A stretch of DNA of 64,000 nt, taken from a phage. The stretch is from sequence record OZ346189.1; one strand, 5' to 3'. The notes under the pieces are model-generated. The model was given only the letters and a program-made list of their open reading frames with translations, did not search any database and was not told the DNA's origin. The position numbers and the translations under genes were made by a program. Of this stretch, positions 20,285 through 30,600 are shown in pieces; position 1 is the stretch's first letter, and every line of letters begins with the position of its first letter.

Positions 20285-21337
20285 TTATTTAACGTGCTTG
20301 AAAATACCAGCCAACTCGGTCATTGTCATGCGAGTGGTCTTCATAAGGTCTGTCATAGCCTTTTCCATGATTGGAGATACTACCATGAAGTTACCTTTGG
20401 TGAAACCTTTGTTCCAGTCGGTAACTAATAGTGGTTTAAGTCCGGCCCCGAGACGCTCACCAGTTAAAGCACAACATTTTCGAATGTATGTGCTCTTAAA
20501 CTGGCTGAAGGACAGATCAACTTTCATACCTGCATCGTAGAACGTCTGGCAATAGAAAGTGTAAGCTTTGGCAATCTCAACATCGTCAGGCAGTGCAGGA
20601 ACCTCTTCTGTAAGCTCTTCTTCGACCCCTTGAGGCTCTTTTTCCTCTTCGTAAGCCTGTTGCGTCATCTCTTCAATCTCCTCTACTACAGGCTCGTTTA
20701 CAATGTCAGAAATGTGCTTGTTGGCTCCACGATTAGCCATGAAGTTTTTAAAATCCTGCATTGGTGACATATCTTCTTCCTCTTCGTCAAAAAGTGCTAG
20801 TTTATCTTCTTCTGTCCCATATTGCAAGATGAAATCTTCAAAAGTATAATCACCTTTCAATTTCTCCATACGCTCTTCGCTCAGGTGAAGCATCATCTGC
20901 TGGACAATTTTTCGATCAGTTTTGTCTTTTATCAATATTGCAGTCTTTTTATCTACCAGACAGTCTTTCAGAGCGTTGCACCTCAACCCTACCACACAAC
21001 AATTGTCAATTGCGTAAGGACCTTCATCATCTATCCGCTCCAGAGATGGGTAGAAAGGATTCCCCAGCCCGTTTTCATCTGTGTGCATGTCAAAAGGTAT
21101 AAGGGTATAGTCGCATACTCCATCTCCTAAAAGTTTTTTACCAAATAGGAGGTATTCTTCCCATGACAGGTCGAACTCTATATCTCGTTTCCGTGCGTTA
21201 TTCTGTTTGCGTCTATATTTTTTGAGCAAGCGCTCTAACTCTTCTGGTGTATAATATTTTTCAAGATTCATGAGTCGTCTCTCGTGCTCTGTAAGTGAAG
21301 AAATCGTATCAATTGTCTCAACAGATGTCAACATCAA
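20285..21337 (-). CDS. hypothetical protein
   Basis: 350-aa ORF, first gene of the leftward block. Confidence 0.5.
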   Translation of the reverse strand: MMLTSVETIDTISSLTEHERRLMNLEKYYTPEELERLLKKYRRKQNNARKRDIEFDLSWEEYLLFGKKLLGDGVCDYTLIPFDMHTDENGLGNPFYPSLERIDDEGPYAIDNCCVVGLRCNALKDCLVDKKTAILIKDKTDRKIVQQMMLHLSEERMEKLKGDYTFEDFILQYGTEEDKLALFDEEEEDMSPMQDFKNFMANRGANKHISDIVNEPVVEEIEEMTQQAYEEEKEPQGVEEELTEEVPALPDDVEIAKAYTFYCQTFYDAGMKVDLSFSQFKSTYIRKCCALTGERLGAGLKPLLVTDWNKGFTKGNFMVVSPIMEKAMTDLMKTTRMTMTELAGIFKHVK

Positions 21338-21344
21338 AAACGTG

Positions 21345-21373
21345 TTGACTTTACTCTAACTCTACAATATAGT
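21345..21373 (+). promoter_or_regulatory. sigma70-like promoter
   Basis: ttgact-N17-tatagt about 40 nt upstream of 21414. Confidence 0.5.
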
Positions 21374-21413
21374 GCACCCATTCGAAAGAAAACTAACATA
21401 GGAGCACTTACTT

Positions 21414-22313
21414 ATGGCAAATCTTAACAGTTTTAGTACGCGGTGGAAACAGGACATAACAACCAATCTTTCAGCTGGGGACATCCTTTCTGCAATTTAC
21501 GAGGCTTTAGATGATAAAGCTACTTCAAAAGCGGTTTGTACCAACCCGCTAATTCCTGTAGTGATGAAGGTTATTGAGCGTAGATTGGTATCTGGGTCTG
21601 ATAAGTGGACATATTTAGATAATGAAGGACACACCTATTCCAATGGGTACGTCGATATAAAAGTAGAATACGCGGTATCATACCGCCGGAGCGGTTCTGT
21701 AACTTTCAACTTCTCTGGAGGTTTTCGATCTCTGGCTACCTCACCTTTTGTTTCCTCAGAGGAGAAGTATGAGCTGCCATTTCTTTGGATGATGGCTAAC
21801 GCGACAGGAAAAACCCCCGTTAGCATCCGAGTAAAATACAACTACAACGGATCTAGTAAGATCTATGCCGAAAGTGTCTCAGCAAGTTTTTATTTTGTGA
21901 TGGGAGATGGAATCCTCAAACATATAAAGATGTGCGATATGCATGATGTTATAAATGAAGTGACTGATAAGAATGTTCTAGTGAAAGACCTCAACAATTT
22001 TTATACACCCGGAGACTATTACGTCAGCCGTCCACTGTGCATCTTTAATGCCGCACACCCTCTAGGTGAGTATTTGATCGCCAATAGCGATATTGCCAAT
22101 AACCGATTCGAGGTAGCAAGAGTTCAGAATGAGGTATTGACATCTTGCAAGAGTGGTGATAAGTTTACCGAAGAAGAGATGAGTGTTTTAGAAATGATGG
22201 GATATAAGTGTAGCCTTTGGGTAGATGAGGTGTTTAATGATTGCATCTATGGACAGGATATTTACCCATTAAAGAAGTATACTGATACAAGTTTAATTTA
22301 TGCGAGGGTTTGA
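21414..22313 (+). CDS. hypothetical protein
   Basis: 299-aa ORF, RBS aggagcac. Confidence 0.5.
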   Translation: MANLNSFSTRWKQDITTNLSAGDILSAIYEALDDKATSKAVCTNPLIPVVMKVIERRLVSGSDKWTYLDNEGHTYSNGYVDIKVEYAVSYRRSGSVTFNFSGGFRSLATSPFVSSEEKYELPFLWMMANATGKTPVSIRVKYNYNGSSKIYAESVSASFYFVMGDGILKHIKMCDMHDVINEVTDKNVLVKDLNNFYTPGDYYVSRPLCIFNAAHPLGEYLIANSDIANNRFEVARVQNEVLTSCKSGDKFTEEEMSVLEMMGYKCSLWVDEVFNDCIYGQDIYPLKKYTDTSLIYARV

Positions 22314-22588
22314 CTACGATGAAGTCGTGTGGTAATGTATATTACGTCGGTGAACATGTTCAGGCAGACAGTGTGTGGAAATCTATTAAGTCCACCACTG
22401 ACGATGCCTTTCTGAGTGGACTATGTTTCCCCAATCCGGGAGACATCCTCCCTCATCCTGGAGATTTTGTTGTCAACAAGATGGACGGTTATACCGTGTG
22501 CCTGATGGTTGAAAAAATCTTTTTAGACACTAGACACAATCACCGTCTTGTGTTAAAATTTCAAGAATGTAAAATGACAATTGCCTAA
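22310..22588 (+). CDS. hypothetical protein
   Basis: 92-aa ORF overlapping the upstream stop. Confidence 0.4.
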   Translation: MTTMKSCGNVYYVGEHVQADSVWKSIKSTTDDAFLSGLCFPNPGDILPHPGDFVVNKMDGYTVCLMVEKIFLDTRHNHRLVLKFQECKMTIA

Positions 22589-22601
22589 GGAGACCTTACC
22601 G

Positions 22602-22958
22602 ATGTCTAAAGTTACTTATCGTGCAGCTATTTACTGCAATGAACACCCAATTAACAATGATGGTCACTGCCTTTTTAAAGAAAATCAGTTGGGATGTATT
22701 GTCCTCCCTGATGAAGGGAAAGGTTATCTGATTGCATTGACAGGGTTTGAACCTGAAGCTCTGGAAGCCAATCTGGACTACCTGGTAGAAGAGGGTGCTG
22801 CAGACCTGGTTGCCAATGGCTTCTCCATAAGCCTTGACGAAGTGGAGCGCTTCATGGGCAATTACCGTGTAGTGCGTGAGTTTACTATCGAGGTGGAAAC
22901 TCCAGAGTGGGGTAGCCATGAAACTAATGCCGAAGAAAAAGAAGAGGAGGTAGAATAA
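22602..22958 (+). CDS. hypothetical acidic protein
   Basis: track ORF 22581..22958; ATG at 22602 sits behind RBS taaggaga and is preferred. Confidence 0.45.
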   Translation: MSKVTYRAAIYCNEHPINNDGHCLFKENQLGCIVLPDEGKGYLIALTGFEPEALEANLDYLVEEGAADLVANGFSISLDEVERFMGNYRVVREFTIEVETPEWGSHETNAEEKEEEVE

Positions 22959-23215
22959 TGAAAGTGCAGATCTTGACTAATGCCGAGAAGATGTTTATTA
23001 AAGATACACCTTTTGAAGCTGGTGAGCTCCAGTTCATTTATTTTGTTGACTTAGATAAGGTGTTCCCTGCACTGAATCTTGGTCTGGATGAAGTTCCTCA
23101 TAAGGTTTTGTGCCAAGTTGTTCGTGCATTAGCGGCAGATGGGGAGTTCCACACCCTTGAAGATGTCCAGACCTACGGGTATCTTGAACTACAACGAGAA
23201 GAAGAGGTGGACTGA
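22958..23215 (+). CDS. hypothetical protein
   Basis: 85-aa ORF, ATGA-type overlap with upstream gene. Confidence 0.45.
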   Translation: MKVQILTNAEKMFIKDTPFEAGELQFIYFVDLDKVFPALNLGLDEVPHKVLCQVVRALAADGEFHTLEDVQTYGYLELQREEEVD

Positions 23216-23217
23216 TA

Positions 23218-23598
23218 ATGGCCCGGTGGAAGACAACAGTTGACCTTCATGATCAGTGGTTAGGACGCATCACTGAAGACGGGAAGCTAGTGGAGTGGGA
23301 CAATAAGCATGTTAGCGAGTTGGCAAGTATTGTGGCTGGCAAGTTACGCTCCAAGTTCCCTGAACAACTGGATCCTGATAGTTCAAAGTTCGATCCTGAG
23401 TTGGAGGATGTTGTATACTACTTCGACACCGTTGATGACTACGACGCGTGGTTTGCAGCACGGGAGCTTTACCCACAAGGCTCTGCTATGCGTCAGATGG
23501 AAGAAGATTATCCTCCGTGTGAGCAATTCAATAGTGCAATGACTTGCCTCTATGATTGGGCAGATAAGAACCTTGTCTGGATTCGGACTGCATTTTAG
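23218..23598 (+). CDS. hypothetical protein
   Basis: 126-aa ORF. Confidence 0.45.
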   Translation: MARWKTTVDLHDQWLGRITEDGKLVEWDNKHVSELASIVAGKLRSKFPEQLDPDSSKFDPELEDVVYYFDTVDDYDAWFAARELYPQGSAMRQMEEDYPPCEQFNSAMTCLYDWADKNLVWIRTAF

Positions 23599-23642
23599 TG
23601 GGCAGGAATGGCGGCAAGGATGCTGCTTAAGGAGTAGTAGAG

Positions 23643-23912
23643 ATGTTATACCAGCAATATGAACTTCGTGCAGAAAAAGAGTTAAATTTTGACAAAGATA
23701 TTCACAGATATTATTATGGGAAAGTTAGAGGGCAAGCAAGAAAGTGTACTCCAACACTCTTTTATGCCAGCAGACGACTAGCGCCAGAAGAGGCAACAGC
23801 AGAAAGGGTTGCGTACAACTGGAGAGTCACGTATGATATTGACAGATCCGATGTGATATCTGTTTTGGAAAACTTTGAAAACACTTACACACAAGTAGAG
23901 GACTTTTACTAA
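23643..23912 (+). CDS. hypothetical protein
   Basis: 89-aa ORF, RBS aaggagtagtagag. Confidence 0.45.
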   Translation: MLYQQYELRAEKELNFDKDIHRYYYGKVRGQARKCTPTLFYASRRLAPEEATAERVAYNWRVTYDIDRSDVISVLENFENTYTQVEDFY

Positions 23913-25096
23913 TGTCAAGAAACGTATTCGAAAGTGGTCAAATCACTGTCCGTGAGTTGCCAGCTATTATTCAGTTTGCCCAACGTCATAGCCGATCTGT
24001 CCTAATTTTGGGACCAATGGGTGTGGGTAAAAGCCAGGTGATGAAGCAGATCGCTGATAATATGTTCGGTGAGCGAGATGACAACCTTGTTGACGTGCGA
24101 CTGTCAGATAAAGATCCTGCCGACTTATCTGGGCTACCTATCCCTGTAGAGGCGGATGGAACTACACGTACAGTGTTTGCAATTCCAGAATTTTGGCCTG
24201 CGGATCCTGACTGGAGCGGAATTATCTTTCTGGATGAGCTCACTCATGCAGATAACTACCTGCAAAAGGTTGCAATGCAAATTATGCTTGACCACAAGTG
24301 CGGTACCTATGCATTCCCTAAGGGTTCTGTTTTTGTGGCTGCTGGTAACCGTTCTACAGATGGTGCGGTTCTTTCGGCGCTCGAAGCCCCTCTGGCTAAC
24401 CGTTTTATCATTGTAGAGGTTACAAGCAATGCAGAGGTGTTTATTGAGGACTACGCATTCCTTAATGGGGTGCACTCCTCTGTAATTGGATATCTGAAAA
24501 GAGTTCCATCAGCTATCGATAATTATGAGGCCATGGCTGAGATTAATTGTCCATCTTTTGCCACACCGCGATCTTGGGTTGCTGCATCTGATATCTTGCA
24601 CGATTTTGACAGCGGTATTATTTCTGACGCTATGGCCCGTGTTCTTCTGCAAGGTGCTATTGGTCACACTGCAGCGGTAGAGATCTGGACATACCACACC
24701 AAGAAACGCAATTTACCTGAAATCGGTCGGATTATGGCAGGTGGTTGCAAAGAATACGTAGGTCCTAAGCAGCCAGACATTTTGTGGATTCTTGGATCTG
24801 AAGGTTGTATCGCTATTCGTAATATGATGGAAAATGCAAGTATCTCAGACGAAGATCTTGTCAGCTGCGTGGCAAACTTCCTCGATTTCCTTTGGGAAAA
24901 CTTCAAGGACGAGAACCGAGATTTTGTATTCTCAGTCTTTATGGCGATGATGAAACCTAATGCCTTAGGAAATGCCTTGCTTATCGGCAAAGGGCGTGAC
25001 AAGATTGTTGCTCAGCTGATCAAAGCATACCCAAACCTGATGAAGATTGTAAAAGAGTTTGGTGAAGAGTTTAGCGCCATTTTGGCTAAAGCTTAA
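23912..25096 (+). CDS. AAA+ ATPase, MoxR-like
   Basis: Walker A LILGPMGVGKS, Walker B IIFLDELTHA, sensor-1-like VAAGN. Confidence 0.7.
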   Translation: MSRNVFESGQITVRELPAIIQFAQRHSRSVLILGPMGVGKSQVMKQIADNMFGERDDNLVDVRLSDKDPADLSGLPIPVEADGTTRTVFAIPEFWPADPDWSGIIFLDELTHADNYLQKVAMQIMLDHKCGTYAFPKGSVFVAAGNRSTDGAVLSALEAPLANRFIIVEVTSNAEVFIEDYAFLNGVHSSVIGYLKRVPSAIDNYEAMAEINCPSFATPRSWVAASDILHDFDSGIISDAMARVLLQGAIGHTAAVEIWTYHTKKRNLPEIGRIMAGGCKEYVGPKQPDILWILGSEGCIAIRNMMENASISDEDLVSCVANFLDFLWENFKDENRDFVFSVFMAMMKPNALGNALLIGKGRDKIVAQLIKAYPNLMKIVKEFGEEFSAILAKA

Positions 25097-25105
25097 GGGG
25101 GTTGT

Positions 25106-25486
25106 ATGGCTAAAGTAGGTAAGCGGGGAAACTACCTGGTGGTATTGACCGAGGAGCCGGAGAAGGAGTACGAATGCAGCTCCACTTGCGTGATCGATAT
25201 CCGAGAAAAAGATGTAGATGAAATCTGGTTTAAAATATTAGACGCTTGCGACAGCAGTGATTATTTCTTCATCTATGTCAACGATAAGGCTGGATTCTTC
25301 CATGACGACGGAGAGTTGCCGTATGAAATCTATGAACTTGTAGAGGCTTGCCATCGTGGAGATGCGGAGTTGTTTGGCTTACGGCTGAAAAGCGGTAAAT
25401 TCTTCTATCAAGATGAGTGCATGAATCTTCATAACTTTGTAGAGGGAACTTGCAACGATGGAGAGATTTTGGCACACTACGATTAA
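25106..25486 (+). CDS. hypothetical acidic protein
   Basis: 126-aa ORF, RBS aagggggttgt. Confidence 0.45.
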   Translation: MAKVGKRGNYLVVLTEEPEKEYECSSTCVIDIREKDVDEIWFKILDACDSSDYFFIYVNDKAGFFHDDGELPYEIYELVEACHRGDAELFGLRLKSGKFFYQDECMNLHNFVEGTCNDGEILAHYD

Positions 25487-25496
25487 TTTCTAATAC

Positions 25497-25525
25497 CACC
25501 CCGCTTCGGCGGGGATTTTCTATTT
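25497..25525 (+). terminator. rho-independent terminator
   Basis: ccccgcttcggcgggg stem-loop followed by attttctattt. Confidence 0.55.
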
Positions 25526-25534
25526 GGAGTTATT

Positions 25535-26035
25535 GTGAAAATTAAGATCTTTGCTATTATTTTGAGCGCATTTTTATCGCTGCCTGTTGTTGCAGCACCA
25601 AAACAAAAAGTATATCATACTTGCAAGCCCTCAGATACTAAGGAAAACATTTTGGCATGTAATATCTACAGGGAGGCTAGAGGGGATGGCACGATGGGTA
25701 TGCTGGCATCAGGGTTTGCCACACTAAACAGGAAATCTCACCCCAAATACCCAGACACTATAAGAAAGATTGTCTACCAACCTAACCAGTTTTCGTGGAC
25801 AAACCACGGCAAAACTTTTAAGGTGACAGAAAAAGATTCATGGGATCACGCTAAAAGTCTTGCAAAGATGCTTCTAAAGGTCTATAATAACAACCATGTT
25901 GCATACATGGCTATGGACATAACAGGTGGAGCAACACACTACCATACAACCAAAGTACGACCGAAATGGGCAAAAAAGATGCAGAGGACAGCTCAATTCG
26001 GGAGTCATATCTACTACAAGGAGCGCAATAAATGA
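25535..26035 (+). CDS. secreted cell-wall hydrolase, SleB/CwlJ-like (candidate endolysin)
   Basis: N-terminal signal peptide (MKIKIFAIILSAFLSLPVVAAP) and NIYREARGDG motif of the SleB hydrolase family. Confidence 0.55.
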   Translation: MKIKIFAIILSAFLSLPVVAAPKQKVYHTCKPSDTKENILACNIYREARGDGTMGMLASGFATLNRKSHPKYPDTIRKIVYQPNQFSWTNHGKTFKVTEKDSWDHAKSLAKMLLKVYNNNHVAYMAMDITGGATHYHTTKVRPKWAKKMQRTAQFGSHIYYKERNK

Positions 26036-28014
26036 TTGTAAACAGTAATGAAACTAAAGCAGTACTAACCGGAAATATGGAGGTCACCAGGGGCTCAATT
26101 TCTCTGAACAAAGAGACTTTTGGGCTAATCATTAAAGGGATTTACGAAGATAAGGTGCTGGCAAGCTGCCGTGAACCAATCTTCAATGCTGTGGACTCCC
26201 ATGTTGAGTCTGGACGGGGTGATGTACCGATCATCATTCACTCTCCTACAGACCTTGAACCATACTTCTTTGTGCAGGACGTTGGATTGGGCATGTCGGA
26301 AGAGATGGTCCGCAACACTTTCATGAACCTCGGGGAGTCAACCAAGCGCAACAGCAACGCTCTGGTAGGTAATAAAGGTGTAGGTTCAAAGGCCCCGTTC
26401 AGCATGGTGGACACTTTCGATGTGATCAGTGTGCACAACGGTGTTGAAAGCACATATCTGTTGTTCTTGGATCAGGGTATCCCAAACGTTACCAAGATCC
26501 GCGAGCGAAAGACTGAAGAGCACAACGGGGTAAAAGTTCAGTTCCATGTTAAGAAAGAGCATGTTCTGAAATATCGCACTGCTATTGCGTCATGCCTACG
26601 CTATGCAAAGTTTCCGTTTACCGTTACCGACCCTATGACCAGTAAGATGCTGGAAGGTGACAAGGTTGAGGCGCAGTATCGCTACGAGAAAGATGGTTGG
26701 AAAATGACTATCCTGAAAGGTTATACCAGCTCTGATGAGAGCCGTGTGGTGATGGGACACCAACCTTACCGCTCTAAGTTTCTGGAAACATTGACAGACT
26801 ACCCTGCAATCTGTGTAGAGATCCCTATCGGGGATTGCAATATTAACCCTGGGCGCGAATGGACCATAGAGGGGCACGACGATGGTGGATTCCAGGATCG
26901 CCTGGAGGCCTTTGTCAAAGAAGGTATACGTCTTCGTGGGGCAGAAGTTGTTGCGGAATTGGAGACAGCAAAAACATCCTCAGAAGCACGTGAGATGATG
27001 AAGAACAGTGGAGTGTTCGGACACATCTTCGGCAAAAACTTTATGTGGAACCGTTGGGAAGAAACAGGGCTTGGCGACTTAGGCGATTGTGAAATTTTCG
27101 CTGGCGGCTTAAATAAAGGCCGCATAGGCTATGCTCGTTACGGAAAGTCGGAGTTCTTACGAGGTGTATACCTTGTATTTAACGACGGAGACGGCAAATA
27201 TAACCGAAATAAGTGTAACTACTTAAGCGAGATCACCGGACGCAACGTTTTCTATTGCCGTAACACGGATCTGATGGAAGAGTTTAAAGAAGCGGCACAC
27301 CACCCGTTCTTTGCAGATACGGTCAAATTGTTATCAGAGCTCCCTCGCCGTCCTGTAAAGAAAGGTGAAACAAAAACTCACTATGAGCCAGGGTATTGGG
27401 TTAAAAAACTTGAGAAAGATGGTTACTTCCGTCGTGAGCGTATTACTAAGGCAGAGTTCAAGAAGATTAAGCACTGCATTCCTTATGAGGGTGATATCCA
27501 ACGTGGAAGTTGTTGGCTGGGACAGCTAAGTAACATCTACCAGCAAAATTATGACCGTGTGCGTGCGGCACTCCAGATTCCTGAAGGGGAAGATCTGTAC
27601 CTGGTATCAGAATCTCGTCTGCTTTGGACTGATCCTGATTGCCAGTATGTTACAGAGAAAAATGTGGAACATTTGTTGAAAGAGGACGCCTGGAAATTCT
27701 TACTGACTCGCGCAGCAAATGAAACTTCATATGACAGCCTGTATAGACAATTAGGGAAAATTATCCCCATGCAAGATTTTGGAAATTATCGGCCACATTT
27801 CCACAAGTGGGAAGGTAACACCGCGTGGAAGCACAGTGAGCTAAATCATCGTGCCAAAATCTTAATCGCCAACCGAGTCAAGTGCGGGAAGGCCTATATT
27901 GCAAGATTGGAAAAGAAATATCCACTTTTGAAGCATGTGGGCTTGAAATATTGGGACACTCCTGCTATGATTGAATACCGTGAACTGATCGACGCAAAGA
28001 ATAACACCAAATAA
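26032..28014 (+). CDS. rIIA: rIIA-like protein with N-terminal GHKL-type ATPase fold
   Basis: N-box-like EPIFNAVDSH, G1-like FVQDVGLGMS and G2-like GNKGVGSKAPF...TFDVISVHNG, collinear with T4 rIIA motifs as recalled from memory; followed by an rIIB-like gene. Confidence 0.65.
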   Translation: MIVNSNETKAVLTGNMEVTRGSISLNKETFGLIIKGIYEDKVLASCREPIFNAVDSHVESGRGDVPIIIHSPTDLEPYFFVQDVGLGMSEEMVRNTFMNLGESTKRNSNALVGNKGVGSKAPFSMVDTFDVISVHNGVESTYLLFLDQGIPNVTKIRERKTEEHNGVKVQFHVKKEHVLKYRTAIASCLRYAKFPFTVTDPMTSKMLEGDKVEAQYRYEKDGWKMTILKGYTSSDESRVVMGHQPYRSKFLETLTDYPAICVEIPIGDCNINPGREWTIEGHDDGGFQDRLEAFVKEGIRLRGAEVVAELETAKTSSEAREMMKNSGVFGHIFGKNFMWNRWEETGLGDLGDCEIFAGGLNKGRIGYARYGKSEFLRGVYLVFNDGDGKYNRNKCNYLSEITGRNVFYCRNTDLMEEFKEAAHHPFFADTVKLLSELPRRPVKKGETKTHYEPGYWVKKLEKDGYFRRERITKAEFKKIKHCIPYEGDIQRGSCWLGQLSNIYQQNYDRVRAALQIPEGEDLYLVSESRLLWTDPDCQYVTEKNVEHLLKEDAWKFLLTRAANETSYDSLYRQLGKIIPMQDFGNYRPHFHKWEGNTAWKHSELNHRAKILIANRVKCGKAYIARLEKKYPLLKHVGLKYWDTPAMIEYRELIDAKNNTK

Positions 28015-28024
28015 GGAGACAGCT

Positions 28025-29230
28025 ATGATTTTCATCTACGAACATTTCAAAACTCGTAAAGAAGCACGCGACCGCCGTGCAGAACTTGAGAAGAAGGGTT
28101 TCACATGTGCTATTGAGAAAGGTACTACAACATGGACACTGGCAGTAGGTGCCCCAGAGCTGTTTGATCCTGACCGAGACAGTGTCTGCTATACCCGTGA
28201 GGATTTTGAAACCCGCGAAGAGGCCCGTTTATTCCGCTACGGACTGGAAGACAACGGTAAGTACGCCATGATCTTAGATTCAGGTGAAGGTTCCGTTAAA
28301 CGTTGGGGCGTGGTATACCCACTGTGTGTTGTTCACGGTGTGGGGGTCACTGGGGTAGCAATCAAGTCAGAAGAACCTTTAGTAGAAGTCAAAGATCCGG
28401 TGCTGGAAGTGGTGAGCAGTGTGTCTCAGCAACAGTCTCGAAGCATCGAGCCTTTGGTAGTTATTTGCGGGGAACTCCTCCAAATCACCTGCAACGAAGG
28501 CATTTTTGAAATTCGCCGCAGCGAAAGTGAGGAAGTTTACCAGAAAGTCTTCGACCATATTTCTGTTCAGGAATATGATGAGGCAATTGGTGAAATCCTT
28601 GTCTGGCTGGAACGCAAGAATGAGTTCACCACACTTGCAGACAACCTGATCATGAAAGATGGTAAGCTCTACTACTACGGTGTAGAGATGCGATCCACCA
28701 TTGCAAAGAAAATTGAGGAAGATTATGTAGATGGAACACTGGACGACCGATATGTTAAATTCCTTGTCCGTCTGCTACGCAACCCGTCTGCAAAATCTGT
28801 GAACATGCTCTACGATTTCATGCAGGCTAATGACATCCAGGTTGCAGAAGATGGTCGAATCATTTGCTATAAGGGGGTTCAGTTTAACGGGAGCAGGTGG
28901 GTGGATTGGCACAGCGGTAAAGTTCCACAATACCAGGGTGCTTTTGTGTCCATGCCTCGTAACTTTGTAGAAGATGATCCGGAAGCTGCGTGTTCTTATG
29001 GCCTGCACTGCGCCAGCAAAGAGTATGCAGCGGGCTATGGCACTGTAATGATGGTTATGGTTGACCCTGCGGATGTGGTTAGTGTGCCATACCAACACAA
29101 CAGTGCTAAGTGCCGTGCATGCCGCTACGAAATCGTAGCAGCACCGGAATCACGCAAAGATGGCGATCCGATTGAATACGTAGTTGACCGTGATGGTAAC
29201 ATCATCGACATTATCTACGAGGAGGCGTAA
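28025..29230 (+). CDS. rIIB: rIIB-like protein
   Basis: C-terminal CSYGLHCASKEY ... VDPADVVSVP ... AKCRACRYEIV matches the recalled T4 rIIB C-terminal signature; synteny with rIIA. Confidence 0.6.
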   Translation: MIFIYEHFKTRKEARDRRAELEKKGFTCAIEKGTTTWTLAVGAPELFDPDRDSVCYTREDFETREEARLFRYGLEDNGKYAMILDSGEGSVKRWGVVYPLCVVHGVGVTGVAIKSEEPLVEVKDPVLEVVSSVSQQQSRSIEPLVVICGELLQITCNEGIFEIRRSESEEVYQKVFDHISVQEYDEAIGEILVWLERKNEFTTLADNLIMKDGKLYYYGVEMRSTIAKKIEEDYVDGTLDDRYVKFLVRLLRNPSAKSVNMLYDFMQANDIQVAEDGRIICYKGVQFNGSRWVDWHSGKVPQYQGAFVSMPRNFVEDDPEAACSYGLHCASKEYAAGYGTVMMVMVDPADVVSVPYQHNSAKCRACRYEIVAAPESRKDGDPIEYVVDRDGNIIDIIYEEA

Positions 29231-30600
29231 TGGAAAAAGGGCAGTATGACGTAGGCACAGATGCTGCCCTCATTGCAATCATGAGTGGTGAGAATGTCTT
29301 CGTTTCAGGACCTGCAGGTTGTGGGAAGACGTATCTCATCAACATGATCCAGTCAATGTATGGAGACTCTTGCATAACGGTTGCCCCGACAGGGGTAGCC
29401 GCTTTAAACGTTAATGGAGCAACAGCACACCGAACATTCGATCTTGCAGCAGGTGTGAGCATGGAGTCGGACTGGACCGCAATAAGGGCAAAAACAGCAA
29501 AGCCTTTGAAAAGCAAGGCATTTACCATCCTAATTATCGATGAAATCTCTATGATCCGTGCTGATAAGTTTATAGAGATGGATAGGAAACTCCGCTTCCT
29601 TCGAAAAAATGACAAACCTTTCGGAGGCATACAGGTCATATTGTTTGGCGATTTTTACCAGGCACCTCCTGTTGTCTCTTCTATGGAGAAGGAAGCCTAC
29701 TTCAACTTCTACCATACGGACCTGTGTTGCTACACCGAATCTTGGAAAGAGCTTGACCTCCACAACATAGCCCTAATAGATCAGTTCCGACAGGAGTCTA
29801 TTCGATTTGCCACAATGCTCAACTGTGTTCGTGAGGGTCGTCGCATAAAAGAGGTTGTAGCAGAACTTAATGCTCGCTGTTACAAAGGTGGTGTACCAAC
29901 AGATGCTCTCACAATTTGCGCCACCAACAAACAAGCAGAGGAAGTAAACAGAAGGTTCTATGATGCCATCAACGCCCCAGAGAAGGTATACACTGGTGAA
30001 ATGAAGGGTAAGTTTCCCTCCACCCTGCCAGTTGAGCAGGAGATGAAGTTGAAAATTGGCATGAAAGTTATGATAACCGCCAACGATGTTGACCCGACGC
30101 ACAAAGTACCTTATTATGTTAACGGAACACGTGCCACAATTGTTAAATTTAAGAACAAGGCGGTGGTGGTAGAGCTTGAAGATGGAACACAGGTTGACAT
30201 AGAGCAGAGGTTGTGGGAGAATAACGAGTATAAGCCCTCTCAGAGATACAACATTGCAGAAAGGAAGATGGAGAAGTTTATAGAGAGGGTAGTGATTGGG
30301 TCATACAAGCAACTTCCTCTGAAATCTGGGTACGCCGTAACATCTCATAAAAGTCAAGGACTTACGCTAGATTGTTACAACCTAGACCTTGGAAAGAACG
30401 GAGCTTTCTCTCCTGGGATGACGTATGTCGCTTTGAGTAGAGTTAAGACAATACAAGGAATAAACTTGTTGCGTCCCCTAAGAGAAGTTGACATTATTGT
30501 TGACCCGCGAGTAGTAGAGTTTTACAATACAACATTCCCTGACTTAGACAAAATTGTCAGGAAAGATTTTGAAACCAGAGCAGAAGAGGGGGACGTATGA
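29230..30600 (+). CDS. SF1B DNA helicase, Dda/Pif1/RecD-like
   Basis: Walker A GPAGCGKT, Walker B ILIIDEIS, motif ILFGDFYQAPPV, motif VTSHKSQG. Confidence 0.75.
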   Translation: MEKGQYDVGTDAALIAIMSGENVFVSGPAGCGKTYLINMIQSMYGDSCITVAPTGVAALNVNGATAHRTFDLAAGVSMESDWTAIRAKTAKPLKSKAFTILIIDEISMIRADKFIEMDRKLRFLRKNDKPFGGIQVILFGDFYQAPPVVSSMEKEAYFNFYHTDLCCYTESWKELDLHNIALIDQFRQESIRFATMLNCVREGRRIKEVVAELNARCYKGGVPTDALTICATNKQAEEVNRRFYDAINAPEKVYTGEMKGKFPSTLPVEQEMKLKIGMKVMITANDVDPTHKVPYYVNGTRATIVKFKNKAVVVELEDGTQVDIEQRLWENNEYKPSQRYNIAERKMEKFIERVVIGSYKQLPLKSGYAVTSHKSQGLTLDCYNLDLGKNGAFSPGMTYVALSRVKTIQGINLLRPLREVDIIVDPRVVEFYNTTFPDLDKIVRKDFETRAEEGDV

